Notes: generated from the letters alone by a model not told the origin. A DNA stretch of 64,000 bases from Priapulus caudatus (GCF_000485595.1 NW_014577081.1:701671-765670); one strand, 5' to 3'; shown: positions 1-13,664, counted from the first letter of the stretch. Numbers and translations are program-made.

Positions 1-260
1 CTCTCTCTCTACCCTCTCGCCTCTCTCTCTCTCTCTCGCTCTCTCTCTCTCTCTCGCTCTCTCTTTCTTTCTTTTTCTCTGTCTTCGCCTTCTTTTTCTT
101 TCTCGCTCTCCCGTCTTCCCGCACTCTCTCTCTCTTGCTCTGTTCTCCACTTTTATTCTCCCTCTCTCTCTCTCTCTCTCTCGCTCTCTTCCCCTCGTAC
201 TTTCTTTTTCTCCTCTTTCTCTCTCGTTCTCTCTCGCTCTCAAGCTCTCTCAAGCTCTCG
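1..260. repeat. Degenerate (CT)n microsatellite
   Basis: Directly visible. Confidence 0.9.
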
Positions 261-1419
261 CCTATGTGCAAATGAAATACTGGGACGGACGTCGTTTCGC
301 AGGAACTGGAGCACAAGGCTCGCAGGGAGGCAAGGAGGGGAGGAGGGCACGCTTCACGAGCCGCACGCATGCTCAACTGTCGCCAGAGCTGACAAATGAG
401 TGGCGGGCGCGGTCACTGTATATCGCTCGGTTATACGAGCGGCACGGCGAGTACGCGATTATTTGCTCACTCTTGAGGCCGTTGAGGCTTTTGAGGCCGT
501 TGAGGCTCTAGAGGCACTCTTGCCTCTTGAGGCCGTTGGCTCAGCAAATAGCTCTAATTCAATCACGGTCGCACGCACGTTACTCGCACGCGCTTGTCGA
601 AAGAACGACCGACGGCTTTCCACTTCGAGGGCTTCCGGCAGTCGCACTCATATCGCGAGCGGGTGAGGGGGGGTGCTCGTGGAAAGGGAGAGGCAGAGCA
701 AGCTGCCAGTGTTTTTGTAATTCAGAGCGCGGTAGTGTGGCTCGACCACGCGCACCTCAGTGTAGTAACGGGAACTTGGCGACGTACATGTACACGGGGT
801 GGCGTGAGAGCTGTGCGTATGGTTTGCATTGAGGTATTGGTTAAGCCTGACTGCTAGCTTAGGAGACAGTATACAGCTAGCGCCGATGGAACGGGCTGCG
901 CGCGGCCGGAGGACTGATGACCGTCCTGTTTCTCTTTCTGCTCCTCTTTATCCGCTTTCTCCAAATAATTATCTTCCTCCCACTCCTCCTCTACTTACTC
1001 TATCGACTTCGCCTTAACTGCATCTTGCCCCTCCTCCGACTCTGTTCTTCCTCTTTCTGCGTATTCCTCTGGTCTTCCTTTCGTATATCTCATATATGCG
1101 TCTCCTCTTCCTCACCGCTCGTGTTTGCTGTGGTTTATTTCCTCTTCGCTTCCTTCCTCGTCGTCTCCTCTGTCCCTGCTTCACCGATCATCCTCCGTCG
1201 CCTCTCATCTCTCGCGATTCTAAATCCGGCGATTGAGACCGTCAATGTATTGCGGATATGCACTTCGTGAAGCGCAGGGAGCTGCTGCTGAGTGCGTTGC
1301 TGTATGCTGTCGTCGGCTGCATGCACGAGCGCCGCGAGTAGCGACTCAGTCAGCTCGAACAAAGCAGAGCGACAGCAGCCGTCTGAGACGCTGCTTCACG
1401 CGCGTGAGAGCGAAAAATT

Positions 1420-1596
<177 letters not shown>

Positions 1597-2899
1597 CCGT
1601 ACGCAATGTACATCAGCGCCAGCTGTCTACCGCCTGCCCTGTCCCCTGCACCACGATGGTGACATAATATCGGCGCGGCTAGCTGGGGACTACCGACTGC
1701 CACACGAAGCACGTAATGAAAGCTCAATCAGGAAGCCGTGAGTCGTACCGGCGATCTGTCGCCACAAAGCCGTCTGATCTTTATTGCCACAAACATCAGT
1801 CGATGGCTCGCCAGCGACAGCAATTTTCTCTCGCAGTCTTTCTGTTTGACTAGAGGTCAGTGCAAGCAAACGCGGGGATTTATTCGACAGCATCTCGACT
1901 CGAAACGGTCATATTTTTCTAATTGCCGAATAGTAACGGTTGCTGGCGTCGTCTGCGCGTCGCGATATATCGCAGATGAGCGGAGTTAGGGACCCGGATG
2001 TGTGCTTGCTGGGGGGGGGGGCTCACGTGCGGTCTACGTCATCATTCCTTATAATGGACGAGTATATTACGGGAGAAATAATAAAACACTCGAATAGCGA
2101 TCACTTCGCTCGGTGTCATCAAGGATGACGTCATCGCTTGTTAGAGAAAGGTTTTGCGTACGTATTTACCGATTCGTACCTCTCCATTTCTCATTTTCCT
2201 ATTCATGCTCATCTTTTTCCCTGTCCTCCTCTTGCTCCTCTTTCTCCGCTTACTCATCAGATCCATCTTATTCCTGAGTAAACGTAACTTCATTCCCTTC
2301 ACCTACTCCTCATTTCCATCCTTCTCCTTCCCTTCTCCTTCCCCTCTCCCTTCCCTTATTTTATCCCCCTCTCCCTTCTCTTATTTCCCTTCTCCTTCCC
2401 TCTCTCGTTCTCTTATTTCCCTTCTTCTTCCCTCTCTCGTTTTCTCCCACTTTATTCTCTTTGTCATCCCTTCGCACTCTTTTTCACCCATCTCTCTCTC
2501 TCTCCCACAAAAATCGATAACAGCTTAACACCAACGAGCGAATCAAGCACGTTAGCAAAGTGTATATAATTATATTATTAGAAACACGAATCGATAAACT
2601 AGAGATGTACGTTTGTTAAAATGATCGGCGCGCGGTGTGTGATGGCCCGCGGTATCTCTCCTATACTATAGTCGACTCGTCACGCTCCGCTGTCACGCGC
2701 TCCGTCCGCTACGCAGCCGTGGCTCAGGCGGTTGTTTCCTGCCGTGGATAATGCAATACCATAATGATAAAATAAAATAAAAATAAAAATAACTAGGAAT
2801 CGTGTCTTTGCTTACAATTATCACACATAAGAAAGTTTTTCTGCCCTTCGCTGCCTCCCTCTTCTCTTTCTCGCGCGCGCGCTTTCTTGCTCTTACTTG

Positions 2900-2904
<5 letters not shown>

Positions 2905-2951
<47 letters not shown>

Positions 2952-3003
2952 CACACACACACACACACAACACACCACACACACACCACACAACACACAC
3001 ACA

Positions 3004-3039
<36 letters not shown>

Positions 3040-3085
3040 ACACACACACAACACACCACACACCACACCACACACAACACACACA

Positions 3086-3116
<31 letters not shown>

Positions 3117-3194
3117 CCACACCACACACCACAAACACACACTACACAAACACACAAACACGCACACACACACACTCACACACACACACACACA

Positions 3195-3268
<74 letters not shown>

Positions 3269-3272
3269 ACAC
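2905..3272. repeat. (CT)n followed by (CA)n microsatellite
   Basis: Directly visible. Confidence 0.95.
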
Positions 3273-5419
3273 AACCTCGTATTCTCGCCCGTACTGAGAG
3301 CGTTTATACATATAGGCGGTAAACTGCGCGCGCCATTTTCCCGCAGCGGCGACTATAGTCCTCGATTCGTCGATTAGTCGATTGGATTTCAAACACAAAA
3401 ATGACAGACCGGTCACCTAGGCTACGCGATGTGACGGAACGGTACAATTACACGTCAAGACCAATCTCTGTTCTTATGCTTTCTAAACGTCTACGGGATG
3501 CTCTAATGCACTCGATTAGTGCACTCTAGTGCCGAACGCGGCGGCACCACCGGGTTTCTTATTAGTTCTGCTTTTGTTCGTGATTTCCTAAAGCCACGAG
3601 CGCGCATCTTACTACACAGTGAACATAAACTGCAAATGACTTCGACTGCCACGGTATCGAGAATGTCATGGGCTGCACCTAAAATAGAATTCGGCATTCT
3701 GTGTCGTGTTTATGTTAGAGTTAGGCGTTCGAGATATGCGTAAGAGTCGGGGATGAGCGTGTGCAGCTCTTATTAGTACAGAACACGGTCGATGCGGGAG
3801 ACAATTATAGAACAGGTGATGCAGTGGAAGGCATGCCGAGCTAACAGTGTGAGGCGGAAGGTACGTGGTGTGAGCCATGCGGGCGCAGCCGCCGCACGTC
3901 GTAATTAATCGCTATACTAATTAATAATGACACTGTATATCCTATTAGCCGACAGGGCCGTACATTCCCATTCGGGCAACCGAACGCTATAGTCGATCCA
4001 TCAGTAATCACATGCATGCGTTTAACGTTGATCGCACTACGCACGAAAGGGTTCGTTCTTAAAACATTTAAACGCGTTGTCACGACTCGACTCGACTGTT
4101 CTCCATCAACGCGATTAAACGTATAGGCAATTCATCGGCGGATCCGAAGGTGTTCTAGCTACGGGTATAGAGCATCCGGACACGTTGTCGCTGAGCGGAA
4201 CATGAAAATTAATGAGATTTCTCAGATCGGATCCAAACGCGTCAGCGCCGTAGCGAGAGCGAGCTATTCCCGCGGTTTGATGAATTGATCCGTGAATTAG
4301 AACCGAGATGAAATCAATACCCGCTTATCTTCTCGAAGCGCGCAAGGGTAGATGTCTATCAACTGCCAGATTACTATTTTTGCAGTTTTCTGCTAGTTTT
4401 TCCCAGGAATGAGATCGCCGTCATATTTCCATATTGCAGTCACGCCCGCAGTCTACGGACTCACATTCTTAGCATCTGTTTATTACCAAATGGAGAATCA
4501 GGACAGAGCTGCCGCGTATATATGCTGCCGCAGCCGAAATCGATCTACGGCTAATTATGATTAGCTATATGATAGAATCTGATAGAATCACGATAGAATG
4601 CATCAGCTGGAAAACGAGGCGCAGGTTATTATGGATTCACGTGGGCTGTACTCGTGTAGTTACCACGCCGTTAACCCGCGTTCGATCATGGTGAGTCAAT
4701 AGATCCGGGTCCAGTAAGGATAAAGATACACTGCCACGCGCACCTAATACAAATTATTTGTAGCCAATCCCAGTAAACCTCATATGAATAATAAATTGAT
4801 CTAAATTGTCGGACGCTATACCTTGATAAGGAAAGCGTAAATTGACAGTAGAATTGCTACTCTCTTAAAACGTTCGTGTTAAATTCAACTCGAATTGATT
4901 GACTTTTCCCTCTCGCCCGAACTGAAGCAAGTGATCAATAATATTAGAGTGACTCAATTTTAAAAAAAACGAACGAACGAAGAGAGAGCGGAATACCTGT
5001 AAGGAAAGCAGAACTAGGAATTTTTCTTTTTACGGCTATTTCGATTTTGGCTATTAGCTCATCGCTGCTGGCATGCACACTTTCTGGTTGATAGGCACGC
5101 GAACACACATGTGCGCACACAGACACCACTACGCACGCTACGCACGCTACACACGCTACTACACGCTACGCACGCTACTACACGCTACGCACGCGGACAC
5201 ACGTACACGCAACCAAACTCCACGGCAGATGGCGCTCTCGCCCTGGCTCAATTCATCCTGAGTTGTACGATGGGGGCGCTGCATGCAGTTTGACACGCAA
5301 ATACACAAATACACAGACACGATCGCAGATACTCACGAGAGCGACACGGGGCGCGTATCTACCCTCGCATTCACCAACGTACTATACGTACGTACGTACG
5401 TACGCAGCTACTCACGCAC

Positions 5420-5721
5420 CCGTACAGGCAAAGCAGAAATGCACTAATATACGCACGCACGCACGCACCCTCACAGGCAAAGCATACATGCACTAATACA
5501 CGCACGCACGCACGCACGCACCCACACAGGCAAAGCATACATGCACTAATACACGCACGCACGCACGCACGCACCCACACAGGCAAAGCATACATGCACT
5601 AATACACGCACGCACGCACGCACGCACCCACACAGGCAAAGCAGACATGCACTAATACACGCACGCACGCACGCACGCACCCACACAGGCAAAGCAGACA
5701 TGCACTAATACACGCACGCAC
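5420..5721. repeat. 53-bp minisatellite, ~6 copies (CAGGCAAAGCATACATGCACTAATACACGCACGC...)
   Basis: CAGGCAAAG recurs at 5474, 5527, 5580, 5633 and 5686. Confidence 0.95.
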
Positions 5722-6247
5722 GCCGCCGGTGGCGTGTGTGGCATGGCGCGGGAACGTAAATGCAGTAGCTACTTTCGCCCGACTACTCTAAGTACATTAC
5801 CGCGTTGAAAATTCGCGGCAAATAATCTTTTTACACTCAGCAGCGTAAAAAAAAAAACGTGTTTACGTGTTGGTGTCAAAACAGGTGCGATTTGTTGATT
5901 GCGGACCAAAGCTGGATTACGCACTCTCGTATATACGCGTGTGTATGGTGACGACATTTGGATAGAAATGTTTCCAATAATAACCAGCGCTTACCACCCT
6001 GCCGCATGTATCGACAGATTAGAGTCTGTGCGGAATCGAAAGGAAAATGTCGCAAATCTCCATGCGCGCAACACGCACACGCCACACAGATAGTTTTAGA
6101 ACGGAGAATGATCAATGAGAGAGAGATGGGGATGTATATAAGCGTGTTTGTGAAAGAGATACCGAGAGAGAAAATAGAGAGAGAGGGGGAACACGCGCCT
6201 GCCACGTTCTTAATGCGGTAAAAACGAATGCATTGTATATATATAAT

Positions 6248-6281
<34 letters not shown>

Positions 6282-6509
6282 CTGTCTGTGTTTCCCGGAG
6301 ACGATATACGTACACCGACTGCGCTTACATTGGCTAGCAGACTCCAGCGGTTGACATTTTGACTCCCGATTCATCGCGGGCTTGGATGATACTCGACCTG
6401 CTCAAAGAGCGAAAGCAATGCTTACATTAGTAGATGTGAAAAAGGGAAACGTTTTGCAACTATACATGTTGGTTTCACGCGAGATGTGTGTGTATATATA
6501 ATATATATA

Positions 6510-6545
<36 letters not shown>

Positions 6546-6585
6546 GGCGTGCGTGTGTGTGCGTACGTGCGTGCGTGCGTGCGTG

Positions 6586-6619
<34 letters not shown>

Positions 6620-6789
6620 TGTGTGAACGGAGAATAATTCAAATGAGAGAGAGAAATGGGGATGTATATAAGAGTGTTTTGTGAAGAAACACAGAGAGAG
6701 AAATAGAGGAGGGGGGAACACGCGCGCTGCCACGTCATTGATATGCGGTAAAAACAAATTCATATATATAGTATATATATATATATATA

Positions 6790-7560
6790 TATATCAGGAG
6801 TAGATAATAGGGAAGGAGTGTGACATCAATAACAAAGGGAAATTCGTCAATTTACTAGCTTTAAAATACCTACAATTTACTACGCGTAACTCATCCAACT
6901 TGAGCTCAAATCGTAACAGTACATTCGCGCCTAGCATCGACGAAATCGTTTCCGTCGTATACACAAGCAATCGCGGAGATACAGACTAAAACGTATGAGC
7001 ACGATTATCCATTCTTTGGCCATCAATCGAGGCCGATTGCCCGCCTATACTCAAACAAAGCAGCTACTAATGCGCTATTGCTAACTGCGGCGAGGCATGT
7101 GGCTCGCTGGCAGATTAGGCATCACGCAAACTCATCAAGGCGAGATAACCTTTGACCGCTACACAGTACAAATACCGGCATACAGCTGACATGCCCGCCA
7201 CGCACGCACGCCAACCGAATCAGCAGCACCAGATCGGGCTCAAATCTCGCCAGCGAGGCCACATTGGCCCACCGAGTTAGCAATAGGCGCGTTAGTAGCT
7301 GCCTTTTGTTTGAGTATAGGCGGGCAATCGGCTCGATTGATGGCCAAAGAATAGATAATCGTGTCGTACGTTTTAGTCTGTATCTCCGGATTGCTTGCGA
7401 GGAAACGATTTCGCACGATGCTAGGCGAATGTACTGTGTACGATTTGAGCTCAAGTTGGATAAGTTACGCGTAGTAAATCGTAAGTATTTTAAGGCTAGT
7501 AAATGACGAATTTCCCTTGTTATTGATGTCACACTCCTTTCCTATTATCTACGCCTGATA
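6790..7560. repeat. Imperfect ~320-bp inverted repeat (6790-7115 vs 7245-7560) bounded by (TA)n tracts
   Basis: Arms are reverse complements with scattered indels. Confidence 0.9.
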
Positions 7561-7774
7561 TATATATATATATATATATACTGTCTGTGTTTCCCGGGGA
7601 CGATATACGTCACCGGACTGCGCTTATATTGCTAGCAGACTCCAGCGTTGACATTTCGACTCCCGATTCATCGCGGCTTGGATGATACTCGACCTGCTCA
7701 AGAGACAATGCTTACATTAGTAGATGTGAAAAAGGGAAACGTTTTGCAACTATACATGTTGGTTTCACGCGAAA

Positions 7775-7919
7775 TGTGTGTAATATATATATATATGTAG
7801 TGTGTGTGTGTGTGTGTGGTGTGTGTTTGTGTGAGTGTGTGTGTGGCGTGTGCGTGCGTGCGTGCGTGCGTTCGTGCGTTCGTGGCGTGCGTGCGTGCGT
7901 GCGTGCGTGCGTGTTTGGG

Positions 7920-7955
<36 letters not shown>

Positions 7956-8702
7956 GTGTGCGTGCGTGCGTGTGTGTGTGCGCGCGCGCGCGTGCGTGCG
8001 TTCGTTCGTGCGTGCGTGCGTGGGTGCGTGCGTGCGTGTTTGTGTGTGTGTGTGTGTGCGCATGCGTGCGTGTGTGTGTGTGTGTGTGTGTGCGTGTGTT
8101 GTGTGTGTGTGTGTGTGTAATGTGTGTGTGTGTGTTAGTACATGCGATGCACTCACCTGTAGAGACGGGATTGTGTTGAGGGTGAGAGCTATCGTAGAGA
8201 TAATGATGAAGAGGATCGAAATCACTGCAACCACCTGCAAAAGTAAACGTGAATACGTTCATGATATCACGGCATCGGCTCAAGTCCTACTTGTCACAGG
8301 CTTCATGACACCTACACTACAAAAGCCTCACAGATACTTACCTTGTATAGTTGCGCCTTACTTCNNNNNNNNNNNNNNNNNNNNNNNNNNNNNNNNNNNN
8401 NNNNNNNNNNNNNNNNNNNNNNNNNNNNNNNNNNNNNNNNNNNNNNNNNNNNNNNNNNNNNNNNNNNNNNNNNNNNNNNNNNNNNNNNNNNNNNNNNNNN
8501 NNNNNNNNNNNNNNNNNNNNNNNNNNNNNNNNNNNNNNNNNNNNNNNNNNNNNNNNNNNNNNNNNNNNNNNNNNNNNNNNNNNNNNNNNNNNNNNNNNNN
8601 NNNNNNNNNNNNNNNNNNNNNNNNNNNNNNNNNNNNNNNNNNNNNNNNNNNNNNNNNNNNNNNNNNNNNNNNNNNNNNNNNNNNNNNNNNNNNNNNNNNN
8701 NN

Positions 8703-8754
<52 letters not shown>

Positions 8755-8758
8755 ACCA

Positions 8759-8812
<54 letters not shown>
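7775..8812. repeat. (TG)/(TGCG)n tract 7775-8135 and (CA)n tract 8703-8812 flanking the inverted exon and the gap 8365-8702
   Basis: Directly visible. Confidence 0.9.
8157..8234 (-). CDS. Shab: Shab/Kv2 S1 transmembrane exon ([26 protein letters not shown]), on the opposite strand to the rest of the gene
   Basis: 78-nt phase 0/0 exon with TTGCAG acceptor and CAG|GTGAGT donor on the minus strand. The peptide matches the Kv2 S1 pattern (ISILFI..STIALxLNT.P.LQ) and joins in frame to the exon at 9747. Confidence 0.92.
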
Positions 8813-8814
<2 letters not shown>

Positions 8815-9282
8815 TGCGATACTTCAGGCGCGCATTGCACCGCCACGCGATAACGAAATTATGATTTCCTGCGACACGACATTGCCGATCAGCGGGACCC
8901 CGCGTCGTTTGCTCTATGATCAGGAGTCTATCAATATTGATAGACTCCTGGTATGATGTGAGGGGTGGTGTGTGTGTAGGCTGTAACTACTATTACACTA
9001 GTAACACTAGTACACTGTAGCTACTATACACTGCACGACACGAGCCCACGCAGCGCGACGTTATATAGATAGATTGTCATGACGACATCGTCCCCGCTGC
9101 AACTACCGTACAGTTCAACTTGCGTATATGCAGTGTATATATGTACGCTCTAGCTGATGTGGATTTGTTTGGATACCATCCTCGTTAAACTCCACAGTAC
9201 ATGCACTCGTTATGTAATTGAGTTGGGAAAAGAAGCGCGCGTTTCGCTGGAGGCGAGACAAATAATGTATCTACTAAATGAT

Positions 9283-9333
9283 GATAATAATATTAATAAG
9301 AGTAATTATTACGATAATAATAATAATGATGAT

Positions 9334-9382
<49 letters not shown>

Positions 9383-9405
9383 GCAATAACAATAATATTA
9401 ATAAT
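9283..9405. repeat. (AAT)n microsatellite
   Basis: Directly visible. Confidence 0.95.
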
Positions 9406-9746
9406 AGCAAAGTATGCGTACATTCTAACAAATCACACCCGCTAACGCGCAACCCTACGAGTCTACCCGTCCCAACAAACCCATCATCACATACTCTCAC
9501 TCATTAAACCCTTACTCTCCGCTGTATCTTCTCTCCATTTTTACATCGGGTTGTTTACCACTATTACTTATAGACTAGGCGGGTGAGTTTACTACTGTCA
9601 CTCCTAACTAACCACATATAGTGAGTTTACTGCTACCATCTAATAGTCAGTTTACCGCTGTCACTCCTAACCACATATAGTGAGTTTTAACTTTATTACT
9701 GTAATCTCGCGCCTCTAAGAGAAAATGTTTCCTTCGGTTGTCGCAG

Positions 9747-10787
9747 GACGAAAAGCTGTTCACAACCACCAAGCTTCCCGCTAAGAAGGAGATGGAGGAC
9801 AACCCGAACCTGGTGATCGTAGAGGCGGTTTGCATCACCTGGTTCACGATCGAGTACATGCTGCGTTTCTGGGCGTCGCCGAACAAGTGGAAGTTCTTCA
9901 AGGGCACGCTGAACATCATCGACCTGCTCGCCATCATGCCCTTCTACATCTCGCTGTTTCTCATCGAGACGAAGACGACGGAGCAGTTCCAGGACGTGCG
10001 TCGCGTCGTGCAGATCTTCCGCATCATGCGCATCCTCCGCATCCTGAAGCTGGCTCGCCACTCTACAGGGCTTCAGTCGCTCGGCTTCACGCTGCGTAAC
10101 TCCTACAAGGAGCTCGGCCTGCTGCTCATGTTTCTCGCTATCGGCGTCATGCTTTTCTCGAGTCTCGTCTACTTCGCCGAGAAGGACTACAACGACAAAT
10201 TCAGCTCAATACCGGCGTCGTTCTGGTGGGCCGCCATCACCATGACGACGGTCGGCTACGGCGACATGGTGCCGCGCACCGTGCTCGGCCAGTGCGTCGG
10301 CGCCGTCTGCTGCATCTGCGGCGTGCTCGTCATCGCGCTGCCAATCCCGATCATCGTCAACAACTTCGCCGAGTTCTACAAGAACCAGATGCGGCGCGAG
10401 AAGGCGCTGAAGCGGCGCGAGGCGCTGCAGAAGGCGCGCCGCTCCGGCAGCATGGTGTCCGTGCACTCGCTCAACCTGCGCGACGCGTTCGCCAAGAGCG
10501 TGGAGAGCGTCATCGACGAGAAGAAGAAGTGCAGCCTCGCAGCTGAGCGCGCCAAGGGAGGCGCCGGCGGCAGCGGCGGCGGCGGCGGTGCGGCTGCCTT
10601 CAGGGCATACGCTAACATCATCAAGATGAACAACCGCACGCGCTCCGGCGGCGGCTTTGGCGGCGGAGGTGATAGACTGTGCGCGCCCGATTACTACCAG
10701 AAGTCTGCGAGCACGGGCGACCTGGTAGACGTGGAGGACCCGGCGGCCGAGCGGCTGTCTACGCGCACGGGATCCGTCACGGTGCAG
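9747..10787 (+). CDS. Shab: Shab/Kv2 potassium channel exon encoding S2-S6, pore and proximal C-terminus
   Basis: TCGCAG|GAC acceptor and CAG|GTATGC donor, 347 codons. Contains S4 [29 protein letters not shown], filter TTVGYGD, Kv2-type S6 PIPIIVNNF, and the Shab-typical [15 protein letters not shown] and NLRDAFAKS segments. Confidence 0.98.
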
Positions 10788-11313
10788 GTATGCGCGCGCG
10801 CGGTTATTTTATTTATTTCGTGTTTGTTTGTTAATTTTGTTTATTTGTTCATTTGACATTTTCTAGCGCCAACATTATAAATATGAGTAAGAAGAATGAG
10901 ACGAAGAATTCAATGTAGGTAATATCTTCGTATCGTAAATTCATAAACAACTCCATAAACCAAACGATATGAGGATATTGCACTTGCTTTCTGACATTTT
11001 GCAATATACTCTGGACTCTGGAGGTTGTACTAATTTAACGCCATCGAAATGAAATCGCGGGCGCATATATACTTCGTAAGGGTGAATTATTCGCCAGAGC
11101 ACATCGAATCGTAATGCAGCCGCGATCATTCGATTACATGTTTTCTAACATGCCATGTTCTTAACTTCTCCTGCGTCGCTTAGCACCTGAGTAGCACTGC
11201 GCCGTTGATTGGTTGCTACGGATGGTTGTTGCGCAGGACGCGATTCTCACGTGACATCTACATTCCCCTGGCGCCATCGTCAGCGTCTCACGTTCCTTCC
11301 CTCCTGCCCGCAG

Positions 11314-11446
11314 GACATGCGGACGTTCATTCAGCGGGAAAACCTCGCCGGACACGACGGCACGATGACCAGACGATACGACGCTCCCGCTAGAGGGCAC
11401 ATCGAGCTGGCCATGTTCAGCCAACCCGAAACGAGATCAGCAGCAG
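11314..11446 (+). CDS. Shab: Putative Shab C-terminal tail exon (DMRTFIQREN...PETRSAA)
   Basis: Pyrimidine tract + CCGCAG acceptor, CAG|GTGACG donor. 133 nt, phase 0 to 1, open frame, compatible with both neighbours. Confidence 0.75.
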
Positions 11447-12078
11447 GTGACGTCACTGGCTCCGTAGATATAAGAGCAGCGGACGCTGGTGACACTGCGG
11501 GCGTTTTGTTAATTTGCGCACGTAATCACGGCTGTGGCCATGCAGTGCATAGAGTCATAGGGACTCAGGTAGAAAGCGCGCTGCAGACAGGTGCTGCATT
11601 ACCAGCAAATTTTCCCTCTTACCCCTCTCTCTTACTCGTCACTTTCTCACTCGTCTCTTTCTATCTCTATATCTCTCTCTCGTGCACGTGTGTGTATGTG
11701 TGTGCGTCTGTGCGTGGTGTAGTGCGCGCCGCCGCGCGCGCACGTGTGTGTACATGTGATGTGTGTCGCTGTGTGGGGCTGTGCTTGTGTGATGTGTGTG
11801 CTGGTGTGCTGTTATCTTGTGGTCGGGACGTGGCTGTGTTGCATATGAGTGCTGTGTGTTATGTGTGCGCTGTGCGTGCTGGGGCGGGTGTGTGTGCTGT
11901 GTGCCGTGCCGCGCCGCGCGAAGCGCCGCGGCTGTGTGCTGTGTGGTGTGCGTGTGCCATTGTGGCTGCTCAGAGAGACAGAGAGAAAGAGAAAGAGAGA
12001 GCAGGGCCAAAGGGGAAAGCAAAAGCGAGGAAGAACGAGGCCGAGGCGAGATACAAAGAGCAAAGAAACTGTGCGAGC

Positions 12079-12142
<64 letters not shown>

Positions 12143-12656
12143 GAGAGACCTCACTGGCCTATAAAATCGGATCACAAAGCTGCTGCTAATGAGGTTGCCC
12201 GTAACGACCACAGGGTGAGTAAGCGAGTCAGAGGGCGGTGCCCCATATCTCTTCCGCTTCCCACCTCGTATATCGTCATTAATAACGCAGCTCTCGCTAG
12301 TTTAACTATCTCCCCCTCCCCCCACCGTCTTCGCTCGCGCCACCCGACCGCCGGACCCACGTGAAGTTATTTATTTATTCGCTCATTAGAGGGCGTGCGC
12401 GGCGCTTCTATCCCCGCCGCCGCCTACGTTCGTCACTTAACTTTCGCAACGTTATGCAATATTCATGAGTGCTTGTCCATCCAGCTATGCGCCCGGCAGT
12501 TTTAACTAATCATGCAGCAGACGTTGCGCTATTTGGGAACGAATTTTGCACAAGGGAGAGATAGTGATCCGCTAGGGGACGGCTCTGATTGGCTAATTTT
12601 GTCTCTTATTTATTTTATTTTTTATTATTTTTGGCTAATTTTGTTTTATTTTAGAA

Positions 12657-12719
12657 TTAGGGATAGAGTTAGGGTTAGGGTTAGGGTTAGGGTTAGGGTT
12701 AGGGTTAAGGTTAGGGTTA
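12657..12719 (+). repeat. Interstitial (TTAGGG)n tract, ~10 units
   Basis: Directly visible. Confidence 0.9.
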
Positions 12720-13019
12720 ACTGATTTCTATATCCACAACTTATTTCTATATTCACTATCTCTCCCCTGAGACGTACTATTTGGGAACCGAATGGCTGCA
12801 TGCATGCGCCGCGCATTGCGCATTGTTTACGTTATAACTGCTCTTATGAATTACGGCGCTCATATATTACATATAAGGTTGATGCGTTGAGCGTTGCTGT
12901 ATGAGGTCCTAATATTATGTCCTAATCAGTACTTACTATACAGGATATGGCACGGCCACGTGACGTGACCTTATAATGTTAGAAGTTTATATATTCACCA
13001 CTCACTCTCTCTTCTTCGC

Positions 13020-13054
13020 TCCGTCTCTCTCTCTCTCCTTTTCTCTCTCTTTCT

Positions 13055-13089
<35 letters not shown>

Positions 13090-13140
13090 TCACTCACTCA
13101 CTCACTCACTCACTCACTCTCTCTATCTATTTATCTCTCC

Positions 13141-13185
<45 letters not shown>

Positions 13186-13206
13186 CATCTAGCTCTCTCT
13201 CTCTCC

Positions 13207-13241
<35 letters not shown>
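13020..13241. repeat. (CT)/(CA)/(CACT)n compound microsatellite
   Basis: Directly visible. Confidence 0.9.
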
Positions 13242-13664
13242 GAGATTTACATCTATTACGATAACTCAGTTTCCTATACGCCCCCATGACCTATTGCAGC
13301 TCATTAGTTCTGTGACAGTTGATGACAGCTAGCTAGGCTGTAAATCTGAACAGAGGCTGTACATGTATCGCTCATCACTCCCAGGGGCGCTAGGTGGTCA
13401 TCACACATGTAATTATATCTCGTAAGCTGTAGTCACATTCTCTCTACACTCGCGCGCACGTACGCCGCACGCACTCACACGTACGTACGAACGCCGCACG
13501 CACTCACATGCACGTACGAACGTACGCACGCACGCACGCTCGCACGCACGGGTAAAAACACATGCGCGCACGCGCACGCACATGCACGCGCACACGAAGA
13601 CACGAAGACACACTCTCGCACTGACTACGCGGTTATGGGCTCACGTGGTAACACTGTCTTGCAG

